This document shows, one piece after another, positions 29,804 through 38,965 of a stretch of 64,000 nt of DNA (positions are counted from its first letter, which is position 1; each line of letters opens with the position of its first letter). Origin of the DNA: Nitrospirota bacterium. GTDB lineage: Bacteria > Nitrospirota > Thermodesulfovibrionia > Thermodesulfovibrionales > SM23-35. The notes under the pieces were generated by a model. It made no database searches and was not told the DNA's origin. It saw nothing but the letters and a program-made list of their open reading frames with translations. The translations under genes were made by a program, and so were the position numbers. The stretch lies in the NCBI GenBank assembly GCA_040753955.1, contig JBFMDQ010000003.1, forward strand, positions 17,312 to 81,311, in the 5' to 3' direction.

Positions 29804-30403
29804 ATGGATGAGATCATATTTATCTCTCTTGGCCTTTTGGTAGTCCTCGCTGCCCTGAAGATTGCCTTTGCCCTCCTTACTGGTCTATCATCATTTAAGA
29901 CGGGAGGGGCCATGTTTACTACTACCCATCGCTCAAAGATAAAAAAGATCTTAGAGGCCATACCTATGTGTCCCGGGCAGGTAGTCTATGATCTGGGATG
30001 CGGGGACGGAAGATTCTTGATAGCTGCAGCGAAAAGATATAAAGTAAAGGCCATTGGCTTCGAGATAAACCCCTGGGCCTATCTACTATCCAAGTTCAGA
30101 GTGGGACTCTGTCAAGCAAATGTCTCCATCCACTTTCAGGACTTCTGGAAGACAGACCTCAGCGAGGCAGATATAGTCTTCTGCTACCTTTTCCCTGATG
30201 TGATGGAAAGATTGAGAGAAAAGCTTTCCAAGGAACTCAAGGCTGGGGTTAAGGTCATAAGCTGTAACTTCGAAATACCAGGATGGAAACCTGAAAAGAT
30301 AATCACCGCCTCCCATCCCACACACACAGATCCCATTTTCATATATACCAATTTGCTATGGTGCGCCCAGGAGGATTCGAACCCCCGACTTTCGGATTCG
30401 TAG
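29804..30403 (+). CDS. Membrane-anchored class I SAM-dependent methyltransferase
   Basis: The 199-aa ORF has an N-terminal TM helix and SAM motif I VYDLGCGDGRF. Its last 15 codons are antisense to tRNA-Arg. Confidence 0.7.
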   Translation: MDEIIFISLGLLVVLAALKIAFALLTGLSSFKTGGAMFTTTHRSKIKKILEAIPMCPGQVVYDLGCGDGRFLIAAAKRYKVKAIGFEINPWAYLLSKFRVGLCQANVSIHFQDFWKTDLSEADIVFCYLFPDVMERLREKLSKELKAGVKVISCNFEIPGWKPEKIITASHPTHTDPIFIYTNLLWCAQEDSNPRLSDS

Positions 30404-30435
30404 TCCGACGCTCTATCCAGCTGAGCTATGGGCGC
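30359..30435 (-). tRNA. tRNA-Arg (anticodon ACG), CCA encoded
   Basis: The 77-nt cloverleaf was folded by hand. It has acceptor GCGCCCA/TGGGCGC, anticodon loop CTACGAA and T arm GGGGG-TTCGAAT-CCTCC. Confidence 0.9.
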
Positions 30436-30443
30436 GCAGTTCT

Positions 30444-31034
30444 TTACCCTTTTTTTGCAACCCCTTGCTTCAGTCTGATGCTGTATTTAGGATGGTTAAG
30501 TGGATGTACCGATGGTAACTTGGAGAATAACCATCCCCATTTTTTCCCGGATGTAGGAAATATTTGTTTATCGTCCTCAAAAACCCTTATATTGACTGCC
30601 GGATTATTAGGCTCGTTGGAGGCCGAGGTCAGAACAAATCCATCCATCCTAAAGTCAGGTAGGAATTCTCCAACATGGATGTTAAGATTGGAATTCGGGA
30701 TTTTGAAATCGCTATTTAGATTTACTGTGTATTCCAGGGTTTTCTTTGTAATCTTATCTTCAACGATAATCTTTACCGCAGCCCATTTGCCCTTAACAAA
30801 ATCAGGCACTAATATCTGTGATTCTCTCATTGGCATCATCATGCCAGGTCCTGGAACTGGCTGCTGCCCCTCTGGCGATATCGGCCCCTGCATTATAGGC
30901 CCTTGTGGTATCTGTCCAGGTGCCATTGGAACTTGAGTTTTTGGGACAGGTGGCTGAGTTTCCTTCTTCTTACATGCACTTACTGAACCAGCTAAAACAA
31001 AACACAATGCCACTGTCAACACCCTTTTTTTCAT
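30444..31034 (-). CDS. Lipoprotein with a P/Q/G-rich linker, function unknown
   Basis: The 196-aa ORF has a signal peptide with lipobox LAGSVSAC and a proline-rich low-complexity segment followed by a globular domain. Confidence 0.6.
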   Translation of the reverse strand: MKKRVLTVALCFVLAGSVSACKKKETQPPVPKTQVPMAPGQIPQGPIMQGPISPEGQQPVPGPGMMMPMRESQILVPDFVKGKWAAVKIIVEDKITKKTLEYTVNLNSDFKIPNSNLNIHVGEFLPDFRMDGFVLTSASNEPNNPAVNIRVFEDDKQIFPTSGKKWGWLFSKLPSVHPLNHPKYSIRLKQGVAKKG

Positions 31035-31073
31035 CCAATCCTCCCTAATTTTTAGTTATGAGTTAAAAGTTGC

Positions 31074-31166
31074 TGGCGGAGAGGCAGGGATTCGAACCCT
31101 GGGTGAGGTTTTACCCCCACAACCGCTTAGCAGGCGGCTGCCTTAGACCAACTCGGCCACCTCTCC
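31074..31166 (-). tRNA. tRNA-Ser (anticodon GCU), CCA encoded
   Basis: The 93-nt hand fold has acceptor GGAGAGG/CCTCTCC, anticodon loop CTGCTAA, a long variable arm and T arm CAGGG-TTCGAAT-CCCTG. Confidence 0.9.
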
Positions 31167-31260
31167 TTAAACTATATTATATCTAAATCAAGTGATTTTT
31201 TCGTCTATATCATGGCAAGTCAGTCCGCCTCTGGCGGATGCCGCTACCTGAATTCAAGTC

Positions 31261-31384
31261 AAAATTATCAATGAGTAATTATCAATTAACAATGAGCAAT
31301 TACCAAGTTAAATTTTCAATGATAATTTTGCATTGATAATTGCTAATTTTTATTTGATTATTATTTGGTCATTGGGTATTTTAG
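31261..31384. repeat. Heptamer-periodic AT-rich inverted-repeat element (AATNNNN words)
   Basis: Six in-phase heptads run AATTATC AATGAGT AATTATC AATTAAC AATGAGC AATTACC (31263-31304). They face an inverted arm ending at about 31384. The element shares an identical 17-mer and 20-mer with the hypB-hypF spacer. Confidence 0.7.
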
Positions 31385-31418
31385 CTTAATTTGCACATTG
31401 CAATATTTTATCGAGAGT

Positions 31419-32267
31419 TCAACCTATATCCCGATGGATGATGTTAAGGTCTATCGGATGTTTTTTAAGGTGGCTTTGTAGTTTTTCTACAATAGCAGGA
31501 GAACGATGAATGCCACCTGTACAACCGATACCAATTGTAAGATAGGACTTGCCTTCTCTGATATACAGTGGAATAAGGAAGTCCACAAACTCTTTTACCT
31601 TGGTCATAAATGCCCTTGCCTCTGGCTTTTTAAATATATAATCAGAGACCCTTTTATCCATCCCTTTCAGTGGTTTTAATTCGGGAACAAAATTTGGATT
31701 GGGCAGAAATCTCACATCGAAGAGCAGGTCAATGTTTTGGGGTGTGCCGAATTTAAAGCCAAACGAGATAAGGACAAGGGTCATCGCCTTTTTGCCTCTC
31801 TGTATCTCGTATATAGACGTCACAAATTGTCTCAACTGATGTGGTGTAAATGGGGATGTATCAACGACCCTGTCGGAGGTCCCCCTCAGGAGAGAAAGTC
31901 TTTCTTTTTCGATCTGAATGGCCTCCTCAATATCCCCTCCAAGTGGATGGGGTCTGCGGGTCTCCTTAAATCGCCTCAGAAGTACATCCTTTTCTGCCTC
32001 GAGAAAGAGGATTTCCGTCCGATATTTATTTCTGAGGTTTTCCAGGACATCGCTGACTTCAGATAAAAATCCTTTTTCTCTAATGTCAATACCAATTCCT
32101 ATTTTTTTAATCTCCCTGTCACTGGATATAATTGAAGCGAAGGAGTCGATAAGTGTAATAGGAAGGTTGTCCACGCAAAAAAAACCAGAATCTTCAAGGG
32201 CTCTCAGTGCAACGGTCTTGCCCGAGCCGGAGAGCCCGGTGATTATGACAATAATCGGCTTTACCAA
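31419..32267 (-). CDS. rapZ: RNase adapter protein RapZ (P-loop NTPase)
   Basis: The 282-aa ORF has Walker A GLSGSGKT, FCVDNLP and a C-terminal GCTGGIHRS motif. Confidence 0.9.
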   Translation of the reverse strand: MVKPIIVIITGLSGSGKTVALRALEDSGFFCVDNLPITLIDSFASIISSDREIKKIGIGIDIREKGFLSEVSDVLENLRNKYRTEILFLEAEKDVLLRRFKETRRPHPLGGDIEEAIQIEKERLSLLRGTSDRVVDTSPFTPHQLRQFVTSIYEIQRGKKAMTLVLISFGFKFGTPQNIDLLFDVRFLPNPNFVPELKPLKGMDKRVSDYIFKKPEARAFMTKVKEFVDFLIPLYIREGKSYLTIGIGCTGGIHRSPAIVEKLQSHLKKHPIDLNIIHRDIG

Positions 32268-32271
32268 TATC

Positions 32272-32805
32272 TTACTTCTTACTTCTCAGCGGTTCTATAA
32301 GGCCGAAATTGCTATCTTTCCTTCGGTATATAACATTTATGTCTCCGCTACCTACATTTGTAAAGACAAAGAAGTCTTTGTCAAGAAGTTCCATCTGCAT
32401 GGCGGCCTCATCTGGGCTCATAGGCTTCAGTTCAAACCTTTTATTTTTTATAATCCTGCCAGTCTCTGCTGTGGCTGCAGCCTCAAGCTGTGTCCTGCTT
32501 GCCTTTCCTTCGTTCTTCCTATGAGAGACGAGTTTCTCTTTATATTTCTTTACCCGTCTATCGAGTTTTTCCACTACCTCATCGATTGAAGAGTATATCT
32601 CACCTGTAATCCCTTCTGCTTGGATGAGGACTCCATTGACCTTGAGAAGAACCTCTACCTTATGTCTGTACTTTTCTATGCTGAGCGTAACGATGGCCTC
32701 GGATATGTTTGGTAGATAACGGTTGAATTTTTTAATCTTCTTTTCAGCATATTTTTTTAGAGCTGGCGTGATTTCAAGGTGTCTTCCTGTCACAATGATA
32801 TTCAT
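32272..32805 (-). CDS. hpf: Ribosome hibernation-promoting factor, long form
   Basis: The 177-aa ORF begins MNIIVTGRHLEITPALK.Y and has a C-terminal dimerisation domain (KRF.LKPM...EA..QMELL...F..F). Confidence 0.9.
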   Translation of the reverse strand: MNIIVTGRHLEITPALKKYAEKKIKKFNRYLPNISEAIVTLSIEKYRHKVEVLLKVNGVLIQAEGITGEIYSSIDEVVEKLDRRVKKYKEKLVSHRKNEGKASRTQLEAAATAETGRIIKNKRFELKPMSPDEAAMQMELLDKDFFVFTNVGSGDINVIYRRKDSNFGLIEPLRSKK

Positions 32806-32820
32806 GACTCCCTCCTTTAA

Positions 32821-34260
32821 TCAGGTGAACTTCTTCCGCCGAGCCTGTGATGGGATTCCTATTTCCTCTCTGTATTTTGCCACGGTTCTCCTGGCGACTA
32901 TGATGCCGCTGCTCTTTAGCATCTCTACTATTCGCTGATCACTCAAGGGCTTTCTGGAATCTTCTTCCATCACAATCTTCTTTATCATACTCTTTACGGA
33001 TGTAGATGAAATATTTCCCGTGCTGCCATGGAGTGCACAATTAAAGAAGAATCTGAAGCTTAAAATACCATGTGGACATGACAGATATTTGTTTGATGTG
33101 ACCCTGCTTACTGTGCTTTCGTGCAAATTCAGTTTTGAAGCAACATCCTTGAGGGTTAAGGGTTTGATGTATTCTATGCCCCCATCAAAAAACTCCTTCT
33201 GGAAATTCAGGATACTCTCCGTTACCCTGTATATTGTCCTGTTCCTCTGCTCGAGACTTTTAAGAAGCCAGACTGCAGATCGCAGCCTTTCAACGAAAAA
33301 TTGCCTATCTTCTTTGGAGAAGGCATCTTTCTGTCGAATGAGTTTTTTGTAAAAACTACTAATCCTCAATCTCGGTAGCCCCTCATCGTTGAGAACTATC
33401 TGATATCCATCAGGTGTCTTGATCACGTATACATCGGGGATAACGTAGTTTATAGTGGCATGGGTAAAATTTCTGCCAGGTTTAGGTTCAAGCCCCTCGA
33501 TAATCTTTACAGCAGTTATGATCTCCTTCATGTGCAGGTTGTGCTGCTGTGCAATCCGCATATATTTTTTCTTTTCGAGTTCATCCATGTTGTTAATAAT
33601 TATCTTTTCAGCGAGAGTCCCCTGAAGGTCCAGTGCCTCGAGCTGTAAAAGCAGACACTCTGTGATGTTCCTCGCACCTACCCCTGGGGGATCAAAACTC
33701 TGTATCAATCTGAGCGCCTTTTCTGCTGTCTCCATGTCAGTCTTTGCCTCATCGGCGAGCTCCTCAATAGATTCCCTCAGATATCCATTCTCATCTATAT
33801 TGCCTATCACGATCTCTCCTACCTTTCTTATGTCTTCAGGCTCATTCGAGAGTCTCAGTTGCCATAAGAGATGGTCGTAGAGGTTTGGTCCTCTGGTAAG
33901 AAGCTGCTCATATGGAAGGGGGGTTACAGTGCCTGGATTGAAATAACCGAGGTCTCTTCCATTACTCCCCCTCTCTTCAAAGTATTCGTCTACTGTAAAG
34001 TTCATCAGCCTTTCAAGAGGAGCCTCCGCATCTTCGTTTATTTCTTCAACCTCGATAGAGTCCTTTTCCTCCTGTGTTAAATCTTCTGTGTTTATCTCAT
34101 CAATAGATTCTTCTAGAAAGGGATTTTCTATAAGTTCCTGCCTGAGTGTCTGGGAGAGTTCGAGCTGGGACAGTTGCAGCAGTTTTATTGCCTGCTGAAG
34201 CTGAGGCGTGAGTATCAGCTTCTGCGTTAATTCCAGCTCAATCCTGCTTTGAAGGGCCAT
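32821..34260 (-). CDS. rpoN: RNA polymerase sigma-54 factor
   Basis: The 479-aa ORF has a Gln/Leu-rich N-terminal region I, an HTH, and the RpoN box ARRTVAKYRE. Confidence 0.95.
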   Translation of the reverse strand: MALQSRIELELTQKLILTPQLQQAIKLLQLSQLELSQTLRQELIENPFLEESIDEINTEDLTQEEKDSIEVEEINEDAEAPLERLMNFTVDEYFEERGSNGRDLGYFNPGTVTPLPYEQLLTRGPNLYDHLLWQLRLSNEPEDIRKVGEIVIGNIDENGYLRESIEELADEAKTDMETAEKALRLIQSFDPPGVGARNITECLLLQLEALDLQGTLAEKIIINNMDELEKKKYMRIAQQHNLHMKEIITAVKIIEGLEPKPGRNFTHATINYVIPDVYVIKTPDGYQIVLNDEGLPRLRISSFYKKLIRQKDAFSKEDRQFFVERLRSAVWLLKSLEQRNRTIYRVTESILNFQKEFFDGGIEYIKPLTLKDVASKLNLHESTVSRVTSNKYLSCPHGILSFRFFFNCALHGSTGNISSTSVKSMIKKIVMEEDSRKPLSDQRIVEMLKSSGIIVARRTVAKYREEIGIPSQARRKKFT

Positions 34261-34982
34261 TAAAGTATAAACTCCTCTCCGAGAAATGCCTCTTTGACCC
34301 TCGGATCTGCAACAATTTTATCAGGTATGCCCTCTTCGAGTATCTTGCCGTTGCTTATGATATATGCCCTGTCTGTTATGGAAAGTGTATCTCTTACATT
34401 ATGGTCTGTTATCAGTATCCCAAGGCCTTTGCCTTTAAGATAATTGAGCATCTTTTTGAGTTCTACGATCGTAATGGGGTCTATGCCCGTGAAGGGTTCG
34501 TCAAAGAGTATGAACAAGGGTTTTATCGCAATGGCTCTTGCTATCTCGGTCTTCCTCCTCTCACCTCCGGAGAGCTTATAGCTATCCTTTTTTGCATGGT
34601 CTACAAGGTTAAACTCCTTTAACAAGCGGTCTACTTCAATATCGATCTCATCCTTGCGGAGCCCCCTTATCTCGAGTACTGCCCTGAGATTATCTTCAAC
34701 TGTGAGTCTCCTGAATATGGATGGTTCCTGGGGTAAGTAGCTTATCCCCATCATAGCCCTCCTGTACATCGGAAGTTTGGTTAGATCCTCATTGTCGAGA
34801 AAGACTTTTCCGTAGTCAGGCTTTGTAAGTCCTACAATCATGTAGAAGGTGGTTGTCTTACCTGCGCCATTGGGACCAAGGAGGCCTACGATCTCACCCG
34901 TAGAGAGATAAAGGTTAAAATCCTTGACGACATACCTTCTGCCATAATTTTTTGAAAGCCCTTTTGCCTCAAGGAGGTGCAT
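34260..34982 (-). CDS. lptB: LPS export ABC transporter ATP-binding protein
   Basis: The 240-aa ORF has GPNGAGKTT, LSGGERRK and ILFDEP. It sits in the conserved position upstream of rpoN. Confidence 0.9.
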   Translation of the reverse strand: MHLLEAKGLSKNYGRRYVVKDFNLYLSTGEIVGLLGPNGAGKTTTFYMIVGLTKPDYGKVFLDNEDLTKLPMYRRAMMGISYLPQEPSIFRRLTVEDNLRAVLEIRGLRKDEIDIEVDRLLKEFNLVDHAKKDSYKLSGGERRKTEIARAIAIKPLFILFDEPFTGIDPITIVELKKMLNYLKGKGLGILITDHNVRDTLSITDRAYIISNGKILEEGIPDKIVADPRVKEAFLGEEFIL

Positions 34983-34997
34983 AGTTAACTCCGCCCC

Positions 34998-35468
34998 TTA
35001 TTGCTGTTTCCTTGTTTTCAGAAAGACCTTACTGCCTTCAACAAGAAAGCGGTCTTCATTCAAAAGATATGTTATCTTTCTGCCTGTGACTACATTTTCA
35101 CCCTCTACAGCACGCGGTTCTCCTGTAAAGATAATCTTCTCTCCATCGGCACAATAGGTAGCTTCCTTCGAGGTAATAGTCCTCATCCCTTTAATTAATT
35201 TAATACCTCCCTCTGCCTCAATCTTTGTTATATTTCCAGTATCCGCATTATAGTAGACGAGCATCCTGTCTGCATGAAGTGTCATATCTGTTGTCCTTGC
35301 AACGACAGAATTTTCAAAGAGTGCGGTATGGGCCTTGTTATCCGCTGTCAGCATCTCAGAAGTTATGATTATCGGACCTTTTATCTGTTGGGTCTTTTCT
35401 TCAGAGAAGACATTTGTTGATAGTAAAAAGAGGATTAAAAGACTACTTATAAAAAGTTGCCTTGACAT
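34998..35468 (-). CDS. lptA: LPS transport periplasmic protein LptA (OstA-like)
   Basis: The 156-aa ORF has a signal peptide and an OstA-like beta-jellyroll pattern. Context is lptC-lptA-lptB. Confidence 0.75.
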   Translation of the reverse strand: MSRQLFISSLLILFLLSTNVFSEEKTQQIKGPIIITSEMLTADNKAHTALFENSVVARTTDMTLHADRMLVYYNADTGNITKIEAEGGIKLIKGMRTITSKEATYCADGEKIIFTGEPRAVEGENVVTGRKITYLLNEDRFLVEGSKVFLKTRKQQ

Positions 35469-35967
35469 CTTTAAGTATCCTCAGCTTCTGTTCGGAATCT
35501 ACCGTCATGCCTTTGCCCTCGACCTTGAATCTTTTGCCTTCAACCTTTATCGAGTCTTCTGTCTTAATTTTTCCAGGAGAGGCTTCGTAATCAATCGAGG
35601 TGGTTATTATTTTATAATCCTCTGCCTCAGCCCTTATCTCACCTTCTGCAGTAAAGTTTCGGGTAAAAAGATCATGTGTACCTTTATCAGCATAAAGTCT
35701 CATGCCGTTTTTCTGAAAGACGACGGTAACATCACTGAGCTCAACCATATTTTCACCTTTGGTAAAATTCGCTTTCCGGGCAGTTAGCGCCCAGATAGCA
35801 TTACCATCCTTTTCATGTAAGATCTTGAGACCGTCGATGAAAGAATTCCCCTTTATTTTTAAGTCTTCACTACTTTCTCTCTCACTTCTGAGCATTATGA
35901 AAAGTATACATGCAAAAAAGAGGGAAAGGCCAATCATGAAAAACCTTTTCATAGAAAATTCTATCAT
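35443..35967 (-). CDS. lptC: LPS export system protein LptC
   Basis: The 174-aa ORF has a single N-terminal TM anchor, and the call also rests on context. An alternative start lies at 35952 (MKRFF). Confidence 0.7.
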   Translation of the reverse strand: MIEFSMKRFFMIGLSLFFACILFIMLRSERESSEDLKIKGNSFIDGLKILHEKDGNAIWALTARKANFTKGENMVELSDVTVVFQKNGMRLYADKGTHDLFTRNFTAEGEIRAEAEDYKIITTSIDYEASPGKIKTEDSIKVEGKRFKVEGKGMTVDSEQKLRILKDVKATFYK

Positions 35968-35984
35968 ACAGAGAAAGCTGTGTA

Positions 35985-36016
35985 AACCCCGTTAGAAGAA
36001 ATATTTCTAACGGGTT
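35985..36016. repeat. Hairpin AACCCCGTTAGAA-7 nt-TTCTAACGGGTT, member of a CCCCGTTAGAA repeat family
   Basis: This is a perfect 12-13-bp stem in a divergent promoter region. The same word recurs at 48965-48978 and, inverted, at 49055-49069. Confidence 0.6.
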
Positions 36017-36078
36017 ATTTTTACCCCATTGAAGGTGTTGCAGTGTCAGCAGATGGTATATATAATAAAGAGGTTTCT

Positions 36079-37128
36079 ATGATAACTAACAGATTTTACC
36101 TTTTTGCCTTGATAGCCCTCGTATTAATTCTGGGTTTTCTAAGTTACCGAATATTAAGGCCTTTTTTATCTCCCATAGCATGGGCAATCGTCCTTTCTAC
36201 AGTTTTTTATCCCCTTTTTGCCCTCGCTACTAAATATATAAAATGGAAATCGGTAGCATCCCTTATTACCCTCGGTATCATACTTTTAATAATTCTTGGC
36301 CCCTTTTCATATCTCACATATTTACTTATTAATGAACTTAAGGCCTTAGCAGATTATCTGGAAGTTGAAAGGATTAGGGCCTTTCAAGATCTGCTACAGC
36401 ATCCGAGTATCAAGCCGATATTCGATAAGTTACTATCTCTATTTAATATTACCGAAGCAGAACTCAATAAGGCCATTGCTGATAATATATCGCGATTTGG
36501 GAAAGAAGTGGTTGACAGAATTACAGAGGGAATGGCTAATATTGTAACTTTCTCATTAAACTTTGTTTTTATGGCCTTTTCAATCTTTTTCTTTCTGAGG
36601 GATGGACCTGAATTTCTGAGTAAAGCTCGTGATTACATGCCCTTTTCAGAAGAACAGAAGGATAGACTGGTAAAACGGATAAGGGATATTGTCATATCAA
36701 CGATTTATGGTGGCGTTGCTGTCTCGATCGCCCAGGGAACCATAGCCGGAATTGTCTTTTTCATACTCGGAATCTCAACACCTGTTGTCTGGGGATTGGC
36801 CACTTCCATTGCCTCCTTCATCCCGCTTGTTGGCGCATCTGCAGTATGGGTGCCTGCCGTTATATATCTGTTTATAAAGGGTGCGGTAGTAAAAGGAATA
36901 GCCCTTGCAATTGTGGGGATATTTGGGATAAGCTTGATAGACAATATTTTAAAGCCCATCATAATAGGTGGCAGGACAAAGATGCCCATTCTTGTCATCT
37001 TTTTCAGTATTCTCGGAGGAATAAAATTATTTGGATTGATAGGTCTTATAATGGGACCACTGGTACTGGCACTGTTTGTATCGGTTATCGAGATATTCAG
37101 GAGTGTAGAAGGAGGACAAAATGCTTAG
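36079..37128 (+). CDS. AI-2E family transporter (PerM-like permease)
   Basis: It is a polytopic membrane protein with the typical AI-2E C-terminal region. The start is set at MITNRF after AAGAGG; the tracked ORF begins at 36043. Confidence 0.8.
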   Translation: MITNRFYLFALIALVLILGFLSYRILRPFLSPIAWAIVLSTVFYPLFALATKYIKWKSVASLITLGIILLIILGPFSYLTYLLINELKALADYLEVERIRAFQDLLQHPSIKPIFDKLLSLFNITEAELNKAIADNISRFGKEVVDRITEGMANIVTFSLNFVFMAFSIFFFLRDGPEFLSKARDYMPFSEEQKDRLVKRIRDIVISTIYGGVAVSIAQGTIAGIVFFILGISTPVVWGLATSIASFIPLVGASAVWVPAVIYLFIKGAVVKGIALAIVGIFGISLIDNILKPIIIGGRTKMPILVIFFSILGGIKLFGLIGLIMGPLVLALFVSVIEIFRSVEGGQNA

Positions 37129-38242
37129 CAGGGCAGAACTGAAAGAGATCGCATCTATGGAGAGAAAGGATGGTTATTTTGTTAGTCTCTATCTCAATGT
37201 TGACCCTATGTTCAATAAAAAGGGAGACTATATGGTGCATCTCAAAAATATGATGAAGAACACTGTAGAGTCGCTGGATAAGACTATATATAAAAGAGTA
37301 AAGGTTGACCTTGAAAGAATTGATAATTATGTCCTTACAAATAAAAGGATGTTTAAAAAGGGACTTACCCTTTTGAGTTCCACTGAGAATTCCTTCTGGA
37401 AGGAATACCATCTCGGAATTCCAGTAAAGAATGAATTGATTATTGATAAGACTCCTTATACAAAACCTCTTATGGATATTCTGGATAATTACCAGAGGTA
37501 TGCAGTTTTGCTCGTGGATAAAGAGTCCGCAAGGATCTTTGTGATTCACCTTCGTGAGATTGTAGAATACGGTGAGGTCCACACCCCTGACGTTCCCGGA
37601 AAACATAAAAAAGGTGGATGGTTTGCCCTTTCTCAGAATCACTATGCGCGGCATATAGATTATCATATAGGCATGCACCTCAAAGAGGTGATAGAAAAAC
37701 TGGATTCCTTCCTTGGTGGCGAATATATTGGTAGGCTGATAATAGGTGGCTCTGATGAAGCTGTTTCTATGGTCAAAGGTATGCTGCGCAAGATAATTCT
37801 TGACAAGGTTATAGGAACAGTAAAGATAGAGATGTTTGCTAAAAGTTCTGAGGTTCTGGCCAAAGTAGAACCGATAGTTTTTAATTATGAGAAAAAGAAA
37901 GAGGAGGAAACAGTAGAAAAACTTGTCACAGGAGCTATGAAGAACAAAGATGCTGTATTGGGTTTAGAAAATGTTCTAAATGCCCTGCAGGAACAGAAGG
38001 TGATGAAATTAGTCTTAATAAAGGATTTCAGGACATCTGGATACTCCTGTTCATCTTGCGGATTTTTGACTATCCAAAAAGTCGAACCCTGTCCTTACTG
38101 TAAAGGTGAGATGGAGATAGTTGATTATATAGTTGATCTTGCAGGTGAAAAGGCAATACGGCAGGGCGCTCTCGTTGAAGCCATAATAGAGAACAAGAAG
38201 TTGGCAGATGTTGGAGGGATTGGGGCATTCCTGAGGTTTTAG
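37121..38242 (+). CDS. Bacterial eRF1/Pelota-like (aeRF1 superfamily) protein with a zinc-ribbon insert
   Basis: The 373-aa ORF has KKGGW...SQ in its central domain and a C-terminal eRF1 domain-3-like end ...GGIGAFLRF. A CxxC...CxxC ribbon (CSSCG...CPYC) is inserted. Its start overlaps the AI-2E stop by 8 nt. Confidence 0.6.
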   Translation: MLSRAELKEIASMERKDGYFVSLYLNVDPMFNKKGDYMVHLKNMMKNTVESLDKTIYKRVKVDLERIDNYVLTNKRMFKKGLTLLSSTENSFWKEYHLGIPVKNELIIDKTPYTKPLMDILDNYQRYAVLLVDKESARIFVIHLREIVEYGEVHTPDVPGKHKKGGWFALSQNHYARHIDYHIGMHLKEVIEKLDSFLGGEYIGRLIIGGSDEAVSMVKGMLRKIILDKVIGTVKIEMFAKSSEVLAKVEPIVFNYEKKKEEETVEKLVTGAMKNKDAVLGLENVLNALQEQKVMKLVLIKDFRTSGYSCSSCGFLTIQKVEPCPYCKGEMEIVDYIVDLAGEKAIRQGALVEAIIENKKLADVGGIGAFLRF

Positions 38243-38958
38243 TGGGTAGCCTCTTTTATTAACTCCTTCATTTCCCTAACAGCCCTCTCCATTCCCACAA
38301 GCACCGCCTTTGAAACGATACTGTGTCCTATGTAAAGCCCCCTTATGCCCTGTATAGAGGCTATTTTTGTAACATTAAAATAGTTAAGACCGTGCCCTGC
38401 ATTGACCACAAGACCAATATCAAGCGCGTGTCTAACTGCATTCGTAACCCGAATCAATTCTTCTTCCTGCCTTTTACCTTTTACATTTGCATAAATTCCT
38501 GTGTGTATTTCAACCATATCTGCTTCTATCTGTTTCGATAGAGTAATGTCTTCAAGATCGGGATTTATAAATAGACTCACGGGTATGCCGACACCCTTAA
38601 TCTTTTTTATTGCATCCTGAATGTTTTTTTTCTGCGATTTTACATCGAGTCCACCTTCTGTTGTGAGTTCCTGCCTTTTTTCTGGTACCAAGGTAACCAG
38701 ATCAGGTTCTGTCTGGGTAGCGATCCTTATCATCTCTTTTGTTGCTGCCATCTCGAGGTTTAATTCAACAAGTATAAACTCCTTTAACATCTTCAAATCC
38801 TTATCCTGAATGTGACGCCTGTCCTCCCTTAGATGAACTGTGATTCCATCTGCACCACCGAATATAGCTAAGGTTGCAGCCATAACAGGGTCAGGCTCAA
38901 TACCCCTTCTTGCCTGTCTTATAGTAGCCACATGGTCAACATTAACACCTAATATCAT
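38239..38958 (-). CDS. pdxJ: Pyridoxine 5'-phosphate synthase
   Basis: The start is set at MILGVNVDHVATIRQARR. The motifs HLREDRRHI and GHGL are present. The 22 upstream codons of the tracked ORF are repeat DNA. Confidence 0.9.
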   Translation of the reverse strand: MILGVNVDHVATIRQARRGIEPDPVMAATLAIFGGADGITVHLREDRRHIQDKDLKMLKEFILVELNLEMAATKEMIRIATQTEPDLVTLVPEKRQELTTEGGLDVKSQKKNIQDAIKKIKGVGIPVSLFINPDLEDITLSKQIEADMVEIHTGIYANVKGKRQEEELIRVTNAVRHALDIGLVVNAGHGLNYFNVTKIASIQGIRGLYIGHSIVSKAVLVGMERAVREMKELIKEATH

Positions 38959-38965
38959 AAAAGAA

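Noticed and set aside
30358-30936. A 192-aa + strand ORF.
   Set aside because: It begins inside tRNA-Arg and runs antisense to the lipoprotein gene. It has low-complexity composition, no SD and no recognisable family.
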